DNA from: Eledone cirrhosa
Lineage: Eukaryota
Length of the DNA stretch: 64,000 nucleotides
Direction: 5' to 3'
Assembly: GCA_964016885.1 (NCBI GenBank)
Contig: OZ024742.1
Coordinates: forward strand, 268,646,001 to 268,710,000
This document shows positions 39,595 through 53,143 of the stretch, one piece after another; within the stretch, counting starts at the first letter, position 1; each line of letters starts with the position of its first letter. The position numbers and the translations under genes are program-made. The notes under the pieces were generated by a model. The model was not told the origin of the DNA and did not search any database. It saw only the letters and a program-made list of their open reading frames with translations.

Positions 39595-42500
39595 GCCCAC
39601 TGTTTCCAGACAGCGCGGGTTGGGGGTCGGTGGTGGTGGCTGTGGCGTGTGTGTGGGTGGGGGGGGGGATGTAATGTAGAGTACTCAAGCATGCCTTCCA
39701 GTGGGTCCTATCAGAAACAACTGTCCCAAAATGATCTGGATTGGTCCCCAAGAAAAACCAGCTGAGCCCATGGACACTAGCCAAGTATCTTTCTCTGGAT
39801 CTACCTCTGGCTCTACTGTCAATCGGTGGTGCACATCAAATTTGTCCACTGATTATTTTGTGAGACAATCTAATTACATCCTCATAGTATCGTAGCTGTG
39901 ATCTCTCAATTCTGATATGTAACGTCCCAATCCGGAGCAACTCTCTGTTCTCCGACCTCTGGTCTCTTCCGAGGAACGTTACTCAATTCTCTCTTCAGAA
40001 GAACACTATGTAGGACGCTTGTATTCTCAGTCGTATTCTTTCAGTGTGTCTGTATGTGAGACTTATTTGCATCTCATTGCTCCATTTTATGAGGCCAATA
40101 AAAATCATTCTACATTGTCTATGTTTGATGATTAATTCAATTTATTGATATTGTATATATTTACATTGAAACAAACATTGTTTTATTTGAGGTTAGTGAT
40201 CAATAAGCAATATTTTATTGTAGAATTTAAGTGATCGTAAGAAAATTAATAGTTTCGTGATTAAACGTGGCTAGAGATAATTAAAAATATTTCCGAGACT
40301 TACCTATCTAATTAGTAACGAAAGCAAAGAGCAATGAACAAGTATATGAAAGGTGTCACTGGAATTTCAAGAAATAGCAACCAAATATCTGTTACGTTTC
40401 GAATTTTTATCTTATAATTTCAGTACATTCGATAATGTAGTCCTACAATTACTTCCACTATATCTGAATATATGATCGAATTGTAAATGACGTGTAGGAT
40501 TGTATAGGCATATATCTGCCTGGTCATGTTGGGTATCGTTTTAAAACTACATGAAGGATATGAATTACTAGACAATAACCCTTTGTTCACACACTGCCGT
40601 CCATATCCTTCAATTATTGCTATTATATTTTACTGTTTCGTCAAGGTAGAAGGGATCTATGACACATTTAAAGGTTTCCAATGTATATATGATAGTATAA
40701 GGATGCATCATCAAGCAGGAAACTTCCTCTAAATATTCACAAGTGATTTACAATGCATTACAAACGGCAACAGAAGGCCATGAGAGCGGAATTACAAATC
40801 AGAGAAAGAGTTGAAATAATGATATGACATCCCGACTCACACTTTAAAATTGCAGCCATTACACTAACTGTATTTTATTTTCTGGAAGGGATAAAATAGA
40901 AATTTGATTCCGCCGAAATTTAATCTTACCATTACGAACATAAGATCAAGTTTTACAAAAAAATTTATAATGTTCTCTAACAGCTAACTAATCTTGATTA
41001 AGAGTTAATACCTACAGCTATCTTTGTTCTTGTCGTTTTTGTTCTGGTTCATTCTCGTTTCTAGTCGCAGTTAATTTATTTAATAAACAAAACTCCAGCA
41101 AAGGCATTTTATTCGAAATCATCATATATTTTATTCTGATTATATATTGTATTAAAGATTAAAAGATGTGTGCTAGTGAAATATATATATATTTATTTGT
41201 ATTCTGGGGAATATTTTAGCTGCCTAATTCTAACGTGGTAGGTGCTTTCTCAGAAATGACCCTATTTGCCTGTGTTTGTTGTCGTGGCTGATTAGTGAGC
41301 TGTTGTCCTTATTATAGTGTATATTATAAAATTCGATCTATTCATGTCCATTTTATCCTATACTGTAGCAGTAAGTATTTGATATTCAAAATATTCCTAT
41401 AATATGACCATAGGGGGCTAATTGAGAGATATATTGTTTCTATTAAGAAACGATGAAGTGAATTGTACTCAGATTTTTTATGATGAACAGCTATAAAATC
41501 AATGAAACAGCATACACAATAACTTTTCTATTTCGTGTGAAAAACCTAGCATTATACCAATACATATAACTCTTCTTGAAAAATGTTGAACACACGGTTA
41601 CTGCTTTAACTACACGGTTACTGCTTTAACTCAATTAAATAGTTGTGTTACTAAGATTTGTTTGTGAAAATTTCAATACATGCGAAATAAATTGTATTAA
41701 CTACCTACGTGTGGGAGAAATACTCGTTAGTATGTCCAGTTTCCCCAAAAAGTGGAATATCGTCTTCTTAATATCATGTAGGTGTCATCAGTAACTATAC
41801 CGCCATGGGTTGATTGTGGACTGTATTACCCCTTGCCACATATATGTATTTACTCACAGAACATCTGAATCCATCGAGGTTCTGTAACTAATATGACATC
41901 ATCTGTCCCTATGTCTCTGTTTACTTGATTGTAGAGGTGGGAATAGTTTTAACGAAGAGGCTCACCACCATTCATCACATCGCAAAAATATGTATTTGTA
42001 ACATTAGATAATAGTTATTGTCGATGTCACGCCTGACATACTCTCAATTATCGTTAAAGTAGGGAATCACAAATTGTATATGGTTTCCGAAATTTCTTCC
42101 ACCTGTTTATAAAGTTTTGTAAAGATTATTATTGTTGCTATACGCAGTTTGCCTAAACCGAACTTTCTGAATTGTTTTTCTGTATGCCCCGATTTCCACA
42201 CACATAGGGAAAAGTAAATTGCAATCGGTCATTGTATATACAATACAAGCGAATGCATGATATGTATGCCCTTAAATTATTTGATATTAGCATCGCTAAA
42301 GAAAACATTGTGCTAAATAAACCTTGTAAACGGAGTTAGTATTACGATGTTAATGTAAAACCAATAACTCCACTATAATTACAAATATACACGCCGAATC
42401 CCTAAATTACCGACGACGACACGACCAACACCGTTGACATATTTACTAGCCCAATATTTACACAGATACACACTCACACAAAAATATACTAAACGCAACA

Positions 42501-43487
42501 CCTTAAAGCGTTAAGTATGGAATGCTATATCTACGAAGATTAAGTGTTAATGGAATCCAGCGTATAACTGTTCATACGGTACAAAACGTATTTAGTTAGT
42601 TAAATTTACGGCATCATTTTCAAAGTATTTCTTTAAAATAGAAGTACCGGTGTGCATTTGAATTGTAAATGAAGGCAACGTAATAAAATAGAAAGCTGGA
42701 TGCATATTTTATTGGATATATCATTGAGTTGGTGTCTTACAATTCACGTAATAATGCAAGGTAAGGTAGTCTATACATAACTATAGGTTTTTGATGCAGG
42801 AAATACATGCCCTTTCAATATTTTCAACTGTTATTACTTCAAATTATCCAAATCATTAATTCTCTAGCTCACTGTGCCATAAAGTCCTAAGAACGGCAAT
42901 ATGCTTCACTGAGGAGGTTGAATGAGACTGAAGCTTGTTCTAGGTTGACGACCCAGATAGTTTACATCATACTCATTCTACCACGTATGAAATTTAAACT
43001 TACAGTTTCGCACTCGAATTTTATGGATACCTTGCTATAGAATTTTGATCTCCCTACACTGATTAGTTATTTCGTCTAACTATTGTAGTTTCTTATGCTG
43101 AAGTTATAAGTTTTAGGAGATTTTGATACATCAGTTACTGGATTTCCCATTTGTTGTGTGAATGCCTTTGGGAAGCATGTCAACGAAAATGTTAATATTA
43201 ATTACATTTGCTCAAAGGAATTTCCCTAGCACAATTACATTGATGAATATTTCTGAAGAAAAGTCCAATTATTTAGAATCAAACAGGCCAAAAGGTGCTC
43301 ACCCATCTAGTCGTATGTCATTGCAAAAATAACAGTCAGATCTATCGAAATACGATCAAATATTCTTAGTCAAAAACGTATTGAAAAAAATATATACACA
43401 CATACAATCACACAAACACATACAAACGCATGCACATACGCAAAACCCCACACACGCCCCTCTATATATATATGTATATATATATAT

Positions 43488-44043
43488 ATATCACGATAGA
43501 TTAACGGAGCCATAGACTCTCACTATTCCCTGCCAATAATGTACTCAAGAGAGAAGGAATCCTGAGCTCTTTAAAATACAATATGTTGAAAAGGTAACAC
43601 ACTAGAAAGAGATAGTGCGCATCAATAAAACAGGGAAAAACTACCAGCATATGGCATCTGTAACCTATGAAAGGCAGGGTAGATACACGGTAATTAAAAA
43701 TATAAATTAAAGTGTTTATACAAACATCTATAACTATATAACACACACGTACAAATCCAAAGGGACCTGGCTCGCAAATAATTTGTTGACAGAAATAAAT
43801 AGCCCATGGTTCATCAGTATATAAGACTATACATTTCAGACAACTCTAAGAGAATTTAAAGCGACTGTCCAGCTAGACGTGGAAGAGAGAAGTCACAGCG
43901 TGTTTAGGGCAGGGAACCAGTGGTGTCTGAGGGATGAGCTGCTAGAAAGGGCAGCCCTAAACCACTCAGAGGAGTGTGCTCAACCAAACAAAGACAGAGG
44001 AAAGACTGTTATAAGGAGCGAAATATCACGATAGATTAACGGA
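43488..44043. mobile_element. ~515-bp unclassified segment flanked by a 21-bp direct repeat
   Basis: ATATCACGATAGATTAACGGA at ~43488-43508 and ~44023-44043. Confidence 0.5.
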
Positions 44044-44074
44044 TAGTACGTAAGTGTTATAGAGTTATAGAGGT

Positions 44075-44623
44075 TTGTATACATACTACTGTTCATCTGT
44101 ATACATATATATATATATACGTATACATACTTATATTTAAGTATCAGCCGTACTAAGAGTGAGAAATGAAACTTCATTTAATTCTTCTCCATTTAACGTT
44201 TTCGGTACGCCCCGCCGACTAACGCACTCGATATGCAAATTAGAATCCTCAGCCGTTAATATGCATAAGGAAAGTATATACTTTCAAACATTCAATCATA
44301 TGACAGGAATGTATTCGATGCTGACGATAGCTAATACGCTTGAAACTAGTTCATCGTTCCTTTGTCAGTGTTGAACAAAACGGCGACGATGGTTGCCGAA
44401 CACTGTGTGGCTTAATTCGGGCTGTTTGTTTACAAACAAACAGAACATTTATAATAAAGGTTCGGTAAACCCATACGTACATATATATATATATGTGTGC
44501 ATGTATGTATATATATATATACATACTACTGTACGTATGTATACATATACATATGTACGGTATACATACTTATATTCAACCGTACTAAGAGTGAGAAATG
44601 AAATTTCATTTAATTCTTTTCCA
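44075..44623 (+). mobile_element. Second locus of the ~430-bp hammerhead repeat (one unit plus ~100-bp terminal redundancy)
   Basis: Reverse complement of the 1279-2186 unit; CCGTACTAAGAGTGAGAAATGAAA at ~44148 and ~44580; ends TTCTTTTCCAT-(AT)n. Confidence 0.8.
44316..44356 (+). ncRNA. Minimal type I hammerhead ribozyme (unit 3)
   Basis: CGATG-CTGACGA-TAGCTAATACGCTT-GAAA-CTAG-TT-CATCG. Confidence 0.7.
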
Positions 44624-45250
44624 TATATATATATACTTATATCAAATAGAAGAACAGACAGGTTTACAGTATATGTAGAATCAATTTGATATATTTCAAT
44701 TTTTTTGATATCGCTGAGCTGAGGTTACAACCAAAGTGATGGGGCCGATATTTATTCGACAACTCGGCAATATGCGAGTATATATGTGCAAAGAAAGGTC
44801 TAAACTGTTGATAGAGTTCCCAAGATCAGTTTACATATACGTAGTAATTGCTTTTTAGGGGGTGAGGGATGGAATAGGAGAATGAATAACACTAGATTAA
44901 CATTTACAAACCACAGAATGGGTAAAGGAGAAACAAGTTAATAAAAAAGGTGTAAAAGATATAAAACGGAAAGAAGGAAAAAATATGAAACGTAAAAAAT
45001 GTAAAATTATGCAACAAAAATGGTGAATAGGGAATCAAAATGAAAAATAAAAAATAAAATGAAATGAAATAAACGAGTAAAGTGTAAAAGATAACAAAAA
45101 TAGTAGTAACTAGCAGAATGGCCCGGCGTTGCTCGGCATTTGCTCTAGGTTTCTTTTATATTTGATATCTATTTATCCTCATCGAGACTCGTGAAATAAA
45201 TAAGTTTGTTTATATTTTGTTATTGTGTATTCAAAAATATCCGTAGACGA

Positions 45251-45335
<85 letters not shown>

Positions 45336-45339
<4 letters not shown>

Positions 45340-46736
45340 TAAACGGAATAGAAAATGCTGACAAATTGTTCACAGTTGAAACATGGTTTAATTAGGAATA
45401 AAAGAGTATTAGTGATTGTATGGGTTAGTATTCAGTTGTGGTTTTAAGTTTTTAAGTTCTTACCGGTTGCGCATTTCTAAATGCTTTTCAAAAATAATTT
45501 TGAGATAGAGTGTCCGTGCTGTTTGCTCTGATCTGATTAGTTTTGGGAATTCTACCTGTTTTTATGTTAAAAAAATGGCTCCAGCGTTATTTTTGTGTTG
45601 CAAAAATGCTTGTGGTCAAAACAATTTTGATTGGTCAAAGAGCAAAAGACAATCCAAGTCAATGAAAAACATCTTAACACATGCCAAAGTACTGCCAACC
45701 ACAACAACGAAACCCACAGTAAAAAAATGCGATAGACCCAACTGTGGCATTTGCATCAACCTAATAGAGGGTTCGGAATTCTATTTCAAAGATGGACAAC
45801 GTTTTATAGTAAAACACAATTTCACATGTGCATCGGAAAATTTAATATATGTATTAACTTGTTCAGGTTGTCGAGAACAATACATAGGCCACACCAAAAA
45901 CAGCCTCCGCCAACGCATGACTGTCCATAGATCCCAAATTAAAATACGGGAATACAGGAAAATACCACTGAGTGAACACATTGATACCTGTGCCGCCCCA
46001 AATCATCCCAACTTCAGAATCTTTCCCCTCTACAAATTTAAAGATAATGCCACCCACACCCAGCGCATCAGCAAGGAATCTTACTTCATTAACAAATACG
46101 GACCCCGTCTAAACACTTCTCCCTAAGACGAACCCACAACATACACACGTCAACTTACATACCTACATCAGCACACATCTCTACCCACATATAAACACAA
46201 TGACACACGTAAACACACATGCTCTATGGTGCAATACAAAAAAATATATGTGCATATATATGTATGTATATATGTATATATATATATATATATGTAGTGA
46301 AAATATATATGTGTGTGTGTGTGTGTATATATATATATAGTGAATATCATTTCACACCTTTTATTGTTAAGATTGTTGATGTTCTATTAAGAGAACCGAT
46401 TTTACTGAAAAAATCGAATAATGTACACCATTTTACCAGGGGGAAAAAAATACTGGTCCACCCACACACGCACACACACACACACACACATATATACACA
46501 AACACATACACACGCGTACATCAACATACAAAGAGACTTATACACACACACACACACACACACACACGCACGCACTTCTCCGTATAAGACAAAAGCTGAA
46601 AAATATTTTTTGACCTTCGAATGACTCTGCTGTGTGTATGTACGCACACACACACACACACACACTTATCTTAATAGCCATTCGACACACATCGCTGGTG
46701 GCTATTGTCGCAGCATCGAACACCTTACTACTACTA

Positions 46737-46782
<46 letters not shown>

Positions 46783-47263
46783 TTGTTGTGAAAGAGTCAT
46801 TTCTCAATTTTGGCGCAAAACCAATTTTTTATCCACATGACCTCTACCGACCAATCAAAATTGTTTTGACCAATAATTTTTGCTGGAGCCACTTTTCTAA
46901 CATTTTAACATAAAAACAGTCTTGGCGCAAAATCAACTTTTTACATTCACATGACCTCTACCGACCAATCAAAATTGTTTTGACCACAAGCATTTTTGCA
47001 ACACAAAAATAACGCTGGAGCCATTTTTTTAACATAAAAACAGGTAGAATTCCCAAAACTAATCAGATCAGAGCAAACAGCACGGACACTCTATCTCAAA
47101 ATTATTTTTGAAAAGCATTTAGAAATGCGCAACCGGTAAAAACTTAAAAACTTAAAACCACAACTGAATACTAACCCATACAATCACTAATACTCTTTTA
47201 TTCCTAATTAAACCATTTTTCAACTGTGAACAATTTGTCAGCATTTTCTATTCCGTTTACCAA
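45336..47263 (+). mobile_element. Penelope-like element copy A: 5'-truncated GIY-YIG plus 3' UTR/pLTR, with a 301-bp inverted pLTR at the 5' end
   Basis: 45336-45636 is the reverse complement of 46963-47263 (about 2 mismatches seen); (AT)n on both sides. Confidence 0.92.
45637..46126 (+). pseudogene. PLE GIY-YIG endonuclease domain (uninterrupted but 5'-truncated)
   Basis: CDRPNCGIC...NLIYVLTCSGCREQYIGHTKNSLRQRMTVHR...KESYFINKYGPRLN. Confidence 0.9.
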
Positions 47264-47298
47264 TATATAATAACTTGTGTGTTACACATCTATTCTTT

Positions 47299-47357
<59 letters not shown>

Positions 47358-47359
<2 letters not shown>

Positions 47360-48151
47360 TATAGAGTAAAGCAAGTCCAAAAAATTATTTGATAATATAT
47401 ATACATCATCTCAACTCCCAATCAGCATAATTAACCACACACAAAATCAATTAGACCAGGCTATAAGAATAAAAGGCATCTATGAAGAAACAGTAAATAA
47501 AACGCTATTGTGGCGTCTTCGCGTGCAACCGCTATAGAATATTTACCCAACATTTGAACAGCACGTGGAAATTAATTAAATATACGGTCAACCATACATA
47601 ACTAGGTAAAAATTAATGTTAGAAATGCTTATATACTTACCAGGATTAAATCCTTGGGTTTCGCTCACTTTTGAGATACCTTATTTAAGGTTCATACTCG
47701 AGTTTAGAGCTCTTCAGGGGATAAACTCGCTAGGACATATTATTTTCCGAAGTGGCCCCCGCCAAAGACGGATTCAAAATGGTTGAGAACTGTGACGTGG
47801 CAGTGATCAAGTCAGGAAGGTTGTGATTGGTTGCTTACGGCGAGTGGGTTGGTTGCTAGAAAGCGCAGCTCAATATCGCCCAAATGTTTATCTCAACTTT
47901 ATGGGAGATTATTAAATATAAATATTTACACATACACCAATTAAACAAATTTTAATAATCTCCGATAAGGTTGAGATAAAAATATTGGAAGTAGAGATGA
48001 TGTATATATATTATTAAACAATTCTCTGGACATGCTTTACTCTATAGTATTTCGCTCTGATTAATTTATTAATTCTCCATTGAGCCACATCGTGAAAAGT
48101 TGCCAAAACACAAATATACCTGTGACTTTGTTTAATTGGTGTATGTGTAAA

Positions 48152-48159
<8 letters not shown>
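47358..48159 (-). mobile_element. (AT)n-flanked non-coding element with three interleaved inverted repeats and a hammerhead motif
   Basis: IRs 47358-47422/47984-48048, 47887-47916/47951-47980 and 47917-47949/48127-48159. Confidence 0.6.
47630..47724 (-). ncRNA. Type I hammerhead motif, intact core, weak helix I
   Basis: Minus strand reads CTGAAGA-GCTC...GAGC-GAAA-CC(CA)AGGAT TTA ATCCT GG-TA. Confidence 0.55.
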
Positions 48160-48216
<57 letters not shown>

Positions 48217-48334
48217 TAAAATAAAAGATTAAAGTTTAAGCAAAGAATCGCTGCTTTCACCCATAACGGGATTTTCTGAAACTAAAAAATCAATCTGTGA
48301 ACGCAAAAGTAAATATTTCGAAAAACGTTACACA

Positions 48335-48380
<46 letters not shown>

Positions 48381-48865
48381 TATATATACATATATACACA
48401 CACACAGACACTGCGTCATAAAGTCGTAATGCAGACTCTCAGACATACAGACATATATTATAAGGGCGCAACGTTGTATCTATGTATCTCTCTACAAAGA
48501 GAAAGACTAAGAATTATAGAGAGAGATCGCTAAATAGCATAATGTGGCCCCTAGGGCATTGAACATTTGAAATTTATTTTGCTCAAAACACTCACACGAC
48601 CATAAGTATTACATGTGTAAAGTTTGAAAACAATAGGTTGGGTGGTTCTCGACTTTTATTGAGCTGACAGACAGACAGATAGACATTTGCTGTTTAACAT
48701 ATACAGATAATGTTACGATAATATTATTAATAACAACGACAACGAAAATACTATTAGACACACTAATAATGTTTTCTTTAGTAATCACAAGGTTTGATAC
48801 AAAGCATAACATTAATGAGAATTGGGAAAATGGGAATTTCTGTGTGTAAAAAAAACGAATATATA

Positions 48866-49387
48866 TTGGTAACAGGAAAAGAAAATGCTGACAAATTGTT
48901 CCCAGTGAAAAATAATTTAAATAGGAATAAGTAAAAATTAGTAGTAAGTATTGGTTAGTATTCAGTTTTGGTTTTAAGGTTTTGCCGGTTACACATTTCT
49001 AATGCTTTTTAAAAATAATTTTGAGATAGAGCGCCCGTGATGTTTGCTCTAATCGGATTAGTTTTGGAAATTCTACCTGTTTTATGTGAAAAAAGTGGCT
49101 CCAGATGTACTAAAATAAGTTTCGCGCCAATTCGTGTTGTAAAAATTATTGTGGTCAAAACAATTTTGATTGGTCGGAAGAGGTCATGTGAATGTTAAAA
49201 ATTGATTTTGCGCCAAATGTAGGTTTGTTTCGGCTATTTGAGAAGTGACTGAAAAAAGTATTTTAAGACAAATATATGTGTGTGTGTGTAGTTGTAAAGA
49301 GGTTGTGATAGTGGTTAGTAGGATGTGTGTGTGAATTGCAGTCATGTTGACAGTCAACAGTTTAGGGGCTTATTAAGACAAGTGTGT

Positions 49388-49428
<41 letters not shown>

Positions 49429-49539
49429 TAGCAGAGTAATTCGTGCTAGAGGGATCGGTCAATAGGAATGTGTCTGTACGTGTGTGGGGGTTATTTTAAC
49501 ATGTTAAAATATATTTTTCAGCTCTTGTCTTATACGGAG

Positions 49540-49589
<50 letters not shown>

Positions 49590-52500
49590 CTCTTTGTATG
49601 TTTGTATACGCGTGTGTATGGGTGTGTATATATATATATATATGTGTGTGTATATGTATGTGTGTGTGTGTGTGTGTGTGTGTGGTCGGACCAGCATTTT
49701 TGTGATACTGGTAAAAATGGTGTACATTATTCGATATTTTCAGTAAAAACGATTCTCTCAATAGAACATCAAAAATCTTAATAATAAAAGGTGTGAAATG
49801 ATATATAGTATTGTCATAACACCAAGGTGTATGTGAATGTCCAGATTGTACGTACTGCAAAGGGAATCCATTAGGCCCTGCCGTATTGGAATACTTGTGT
49901 ACAAATATGTATGTGTCCATAAGTGTGCAATGCATGTGTGCGTATATGTATGTGTGTGTGTCGGCACGTTTATATCTATAGACATCAAAAGGTATGCAAA
50001 TTTGTGTATATTTGTGTTGCACCATAGAACATGTGTGTTTACGTATGTCATTGTTTTTATATGTGGATAGAGATGTATGTAGGATGTATGCTGATGTAGG
50101 AATGTATGTTGAGTTTGTATGTTGTGGGTTCGTCTTAGGGAGAAGTGTTTAGACGGGGTCCGTATTTGTTAATAAAGTGAGATTCCTTGCTGATGCGCTG
50201 GGTGTGGGTGGCATTATCTTTAAAGTTGTAGAGGGGAAAGATTTTGAAGTTTGGATGATTTTGGGTGGTACAGGTATCAATGAGTTCACTCAGTGGTATT
50301 TTCCTGTATTCCCGTATTTTAATTTGGGATCTATGGACAGTCTTGTGTTGGCAGAGGCTGTTTTGGTCTAGCCTATGTATTGTTCTCGACAACCTGAGCA
50401 AGTTAATACATATATTAGATTTTCTGATGCGCACGTGGCATTGTGTTTTACTATAAAACGTTGTCCTTCTTTAAAATAGAATTACGAACCCTATATTAGG
50501 TTGATGCATATGCCACAGTTGGGTCTATCGCATTCTTTTACTGTGGGTTTCGTTGTTGTAGTTAGCAGTACTTTGGCATGTGTTAGGATGTTTTTGATTG
50601 ACTTAGATTGTCTTTTGCTCTTTATGATATCGTGTGTTCGTAGGATTTGATTCATTATATGGTACTTTTTTAACACAGGGATGTTCTGGAGGATGGTGGC
50701 AAAGGCCTCATTGTTGAGGGGGTTGTGTGTGGAGATGTATGGTAGAGCTTTTAGTTTCGGTTGATTTGCTTTAGGGTGTCTAGGTCCTGGGTACTGAGTT
50801 TTAGGGCAAGTTGGATTCCATTGTCAATTAGTGATGCAGGGTAGTCCCAGCCTATGAGTGTGTCCTTTAGTTCTTGTAGCCGTAAGTAACAGGTGTTTTT
50901 TTATTGGAGACTATAGTACAGATTATTTTGGCTAAGTTGTAGGGAATATTAATTTAAATGTGTCTAGGGCGGCAAGAGTTGAAAGGAAGATATTGCTTGG
51001 AGTCTGTGGGCTTGTAGTATATGTCTGTTTCTATTTTTTTGTTATGAATCTTAATGTCGATGTCGAGTAAGGGGAGTTGTTGATGGCTGTATTCCATCGT
51101 AAAGTTAATATTCGTGTTGAGCCCATTTATAAGGGTGTGAAATTCTTCAAGTTTCTCGGTGTTTTCGTGCCGAAGGATGAAACAGTCATCTAGATATCGC
51201 TTCCAGTTCCTTTCTATGTGTAAGTGGAGAGTGTTTCCAAATTTGTTTAGTACTTTAGTGTAGAGGGTAATTTCCAGGTATCCCATGACTAGGTTGCCAT
51301 AAGTGAGGGGCTGTTTTCGTTCCAATAGCCGTCCCAGATTTCTGCCTGTAGGATTTGTTACTTGAAAACGAAGTAATTGTTCTCCAAGATGAATTTGAGT
51401 CCCTCTATCACGAATTATTTTTTGATGCGTTGTGGGAGTTCATTGTGGTAATTAACCAGCCATAATTGGATAGCTTCTATTCCTAGGTTGTGGTGGATGT
51501 TGGAGTATCGGTTGACTACATCGAACATAACTTGTAGGGTTTGTTCAGAAAGGGGCATATTAGGGAGGTGATTGAGCACATCTAGGTCGTCCCTTATATA
51601 GCTTTTGATGAGTTTGAGAAAAGGCTTCAGAAGGGTATCAATGAACTTGCTAAGGCGGTGGGTTTCGCAAGCGGGGCCTGCTATTATAGGTCTTAATTTG
51701 AGATCATTGGGTGAGGGGACATTGATTACTATGTATGTGGCTTCCTTGCATGCCTTACTTATTAATTCGCTTTTATGTACTTTAGGGATACCGTAGAAAA
51801 GGCTGGATTTTCTTGTGAAGTCTGTGATGAAGCTGAATTCCTTGTTAGTGAGTCCTTCTTTGTATTGGTTGATCAGAGTTTTTAGGTTTCACATCATTTT
51901 CTGTTGATTGTAGTGTTCAGCCTTTTCGTAGTATGTTTCATTTTCCAAAGTGGAGAGCGCTAAGTTGATATAGAATTCTGTCTCCATTAGAACTATTGTA
52001 CTCCCTTTATTAGCCTATTTAATTGTAATCGTTCTGTCGGTTTTTAATCTATTTAATTCTTCCCATTCTTTCTTGTTGAGGTTTGGCTTGTGTTTTTGTC
52101 TGTGCAAGTGTTGGTAAGGGAAGTTTGTGATGTGTTCACAGAATTCGTCCAGAATTTTATTTCTACCTGTTGATGGGGTGTAGTTGGTTCTATTTCTGGC
52201 TAATGATTCATCCGCATTGTACTGGTCGAATAGTTCTTCACTGAGTCGTATCTTTCTACAGAAGTCTGTGATGTCTTCCTTCATTTCATAGTAGTTAAGA
52301 CGTAGTGGGGTCGGTGTGAATTTAAGACCTTTGGAGAGTAAGTTGATAAGGTTAGGTGTTGGTTCTGCACTAGTTAGATTGATAATTTTTATGACTCTCG
52401 GTTCCTACTCCCTGTCTTGTGTTATTTTGTTTGCCTGTATCTGTGTGCTGTGTCTAAAAAATGGTTGGGGTAGAGGGGTTATGTGCTGATGTTAAGTGGT

Positions 52501-52945
52501 CTCCTGTGTTTGTTATATTCCTTGTTGTTGTAAAATCTGGTTCGGGTTCGTGGTTGTAGATTGAACGGGGTGTTCCTGTATTGCGAGTATGGATGTGTGT
52601 TTCTATGTGCCATGTTGGATTGTGGTGTTATAGGTGACCTACGTTGTTGGTTGTATCGTCTGGTGCAGGTTTGTTGTGCATTGTGGAAGTGAGAGATGAG
52701 AAATTGGAAATTACCTTGCTGTCCCCTTGAAGCGGGGAAGTTGTTACATCTATCATCTTTTCCCTATGTTTGACGATGAGGCATCCGCGTAGTAGTTGAG
52801 AGATTTGGCATGGTGTCTCCATGAAGGGGGAAAGTTGTAAATGTCATTCTGGTGGTGATGATTTCTAGGGTTTTTGTTCCTTCTTACGGTAGCGAGGTTG
52901 GACACTAGAAGAGGAAGACCAAGGTTAATGTATGTTGATGCCCTA
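48866..52945 (-). mobile_element. Penelope-like element copy B, near full length, decayed (RT, GIY-YIG, pLTR)
   Basis: LSKGLKFTPTP-type N-terminus (~52340), RPIIAGPACETHRLS, YGNLVMGYLE, WKRYLDDCFI, TDIYYKPTDSKQYL, GIY-YIG ending at 50135. The 3' region is homologous to copy A. Confidence 0.92.
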
Positions 52946-53062
52946 AGGACAGACACTGATCTGTTGGAGATGCAGGACATGGCAGCGATAATGAGGGACA
53001 GAGACCGCTGGGGAGAACTCGTCCATGGATCTCGGGAATTTTACCCGCCTTAGATAGATAGA
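52946..53062 (+). mobile_element. RTE-like LINE extreme 3' fragment with (GATA)n tail
   Basis: Translates as [19 protein letters not shown], resembling RTE C-termini; ends in TAGATAGATAGAT. Confidence 0.5.
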
Positions 53063-53074
53063 TATATATATATT

Positions 53075-53139
<65 letters not shown>

Positions 53140-53143
<4 letters not shown>

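Larger units (their letters stand above)
45108..48710 (+). mobile_element. Possible non-autonomous Helitron-like element interrupted by nested insertions
   Basis: 5' AACTAGC...CCCGGCGTTGCTCGG and 3' GACAGACAGACAGATAGACATTTGCTGTTTAACATATACAGAT resemble the ends of Lep1-type elements. Confidence 0.4.

Noticed and set aside
39347-39784. Poly-S/K/F/R ORFs
   Set aside because: Translations of (TTC)n.
41592-41631. 20-bp tandem duplication ACACGGTTACTGCTTTAACT x2
   Set aside because: Ordinary local duplication; only two units and no spacers, so not CRISPR-like.
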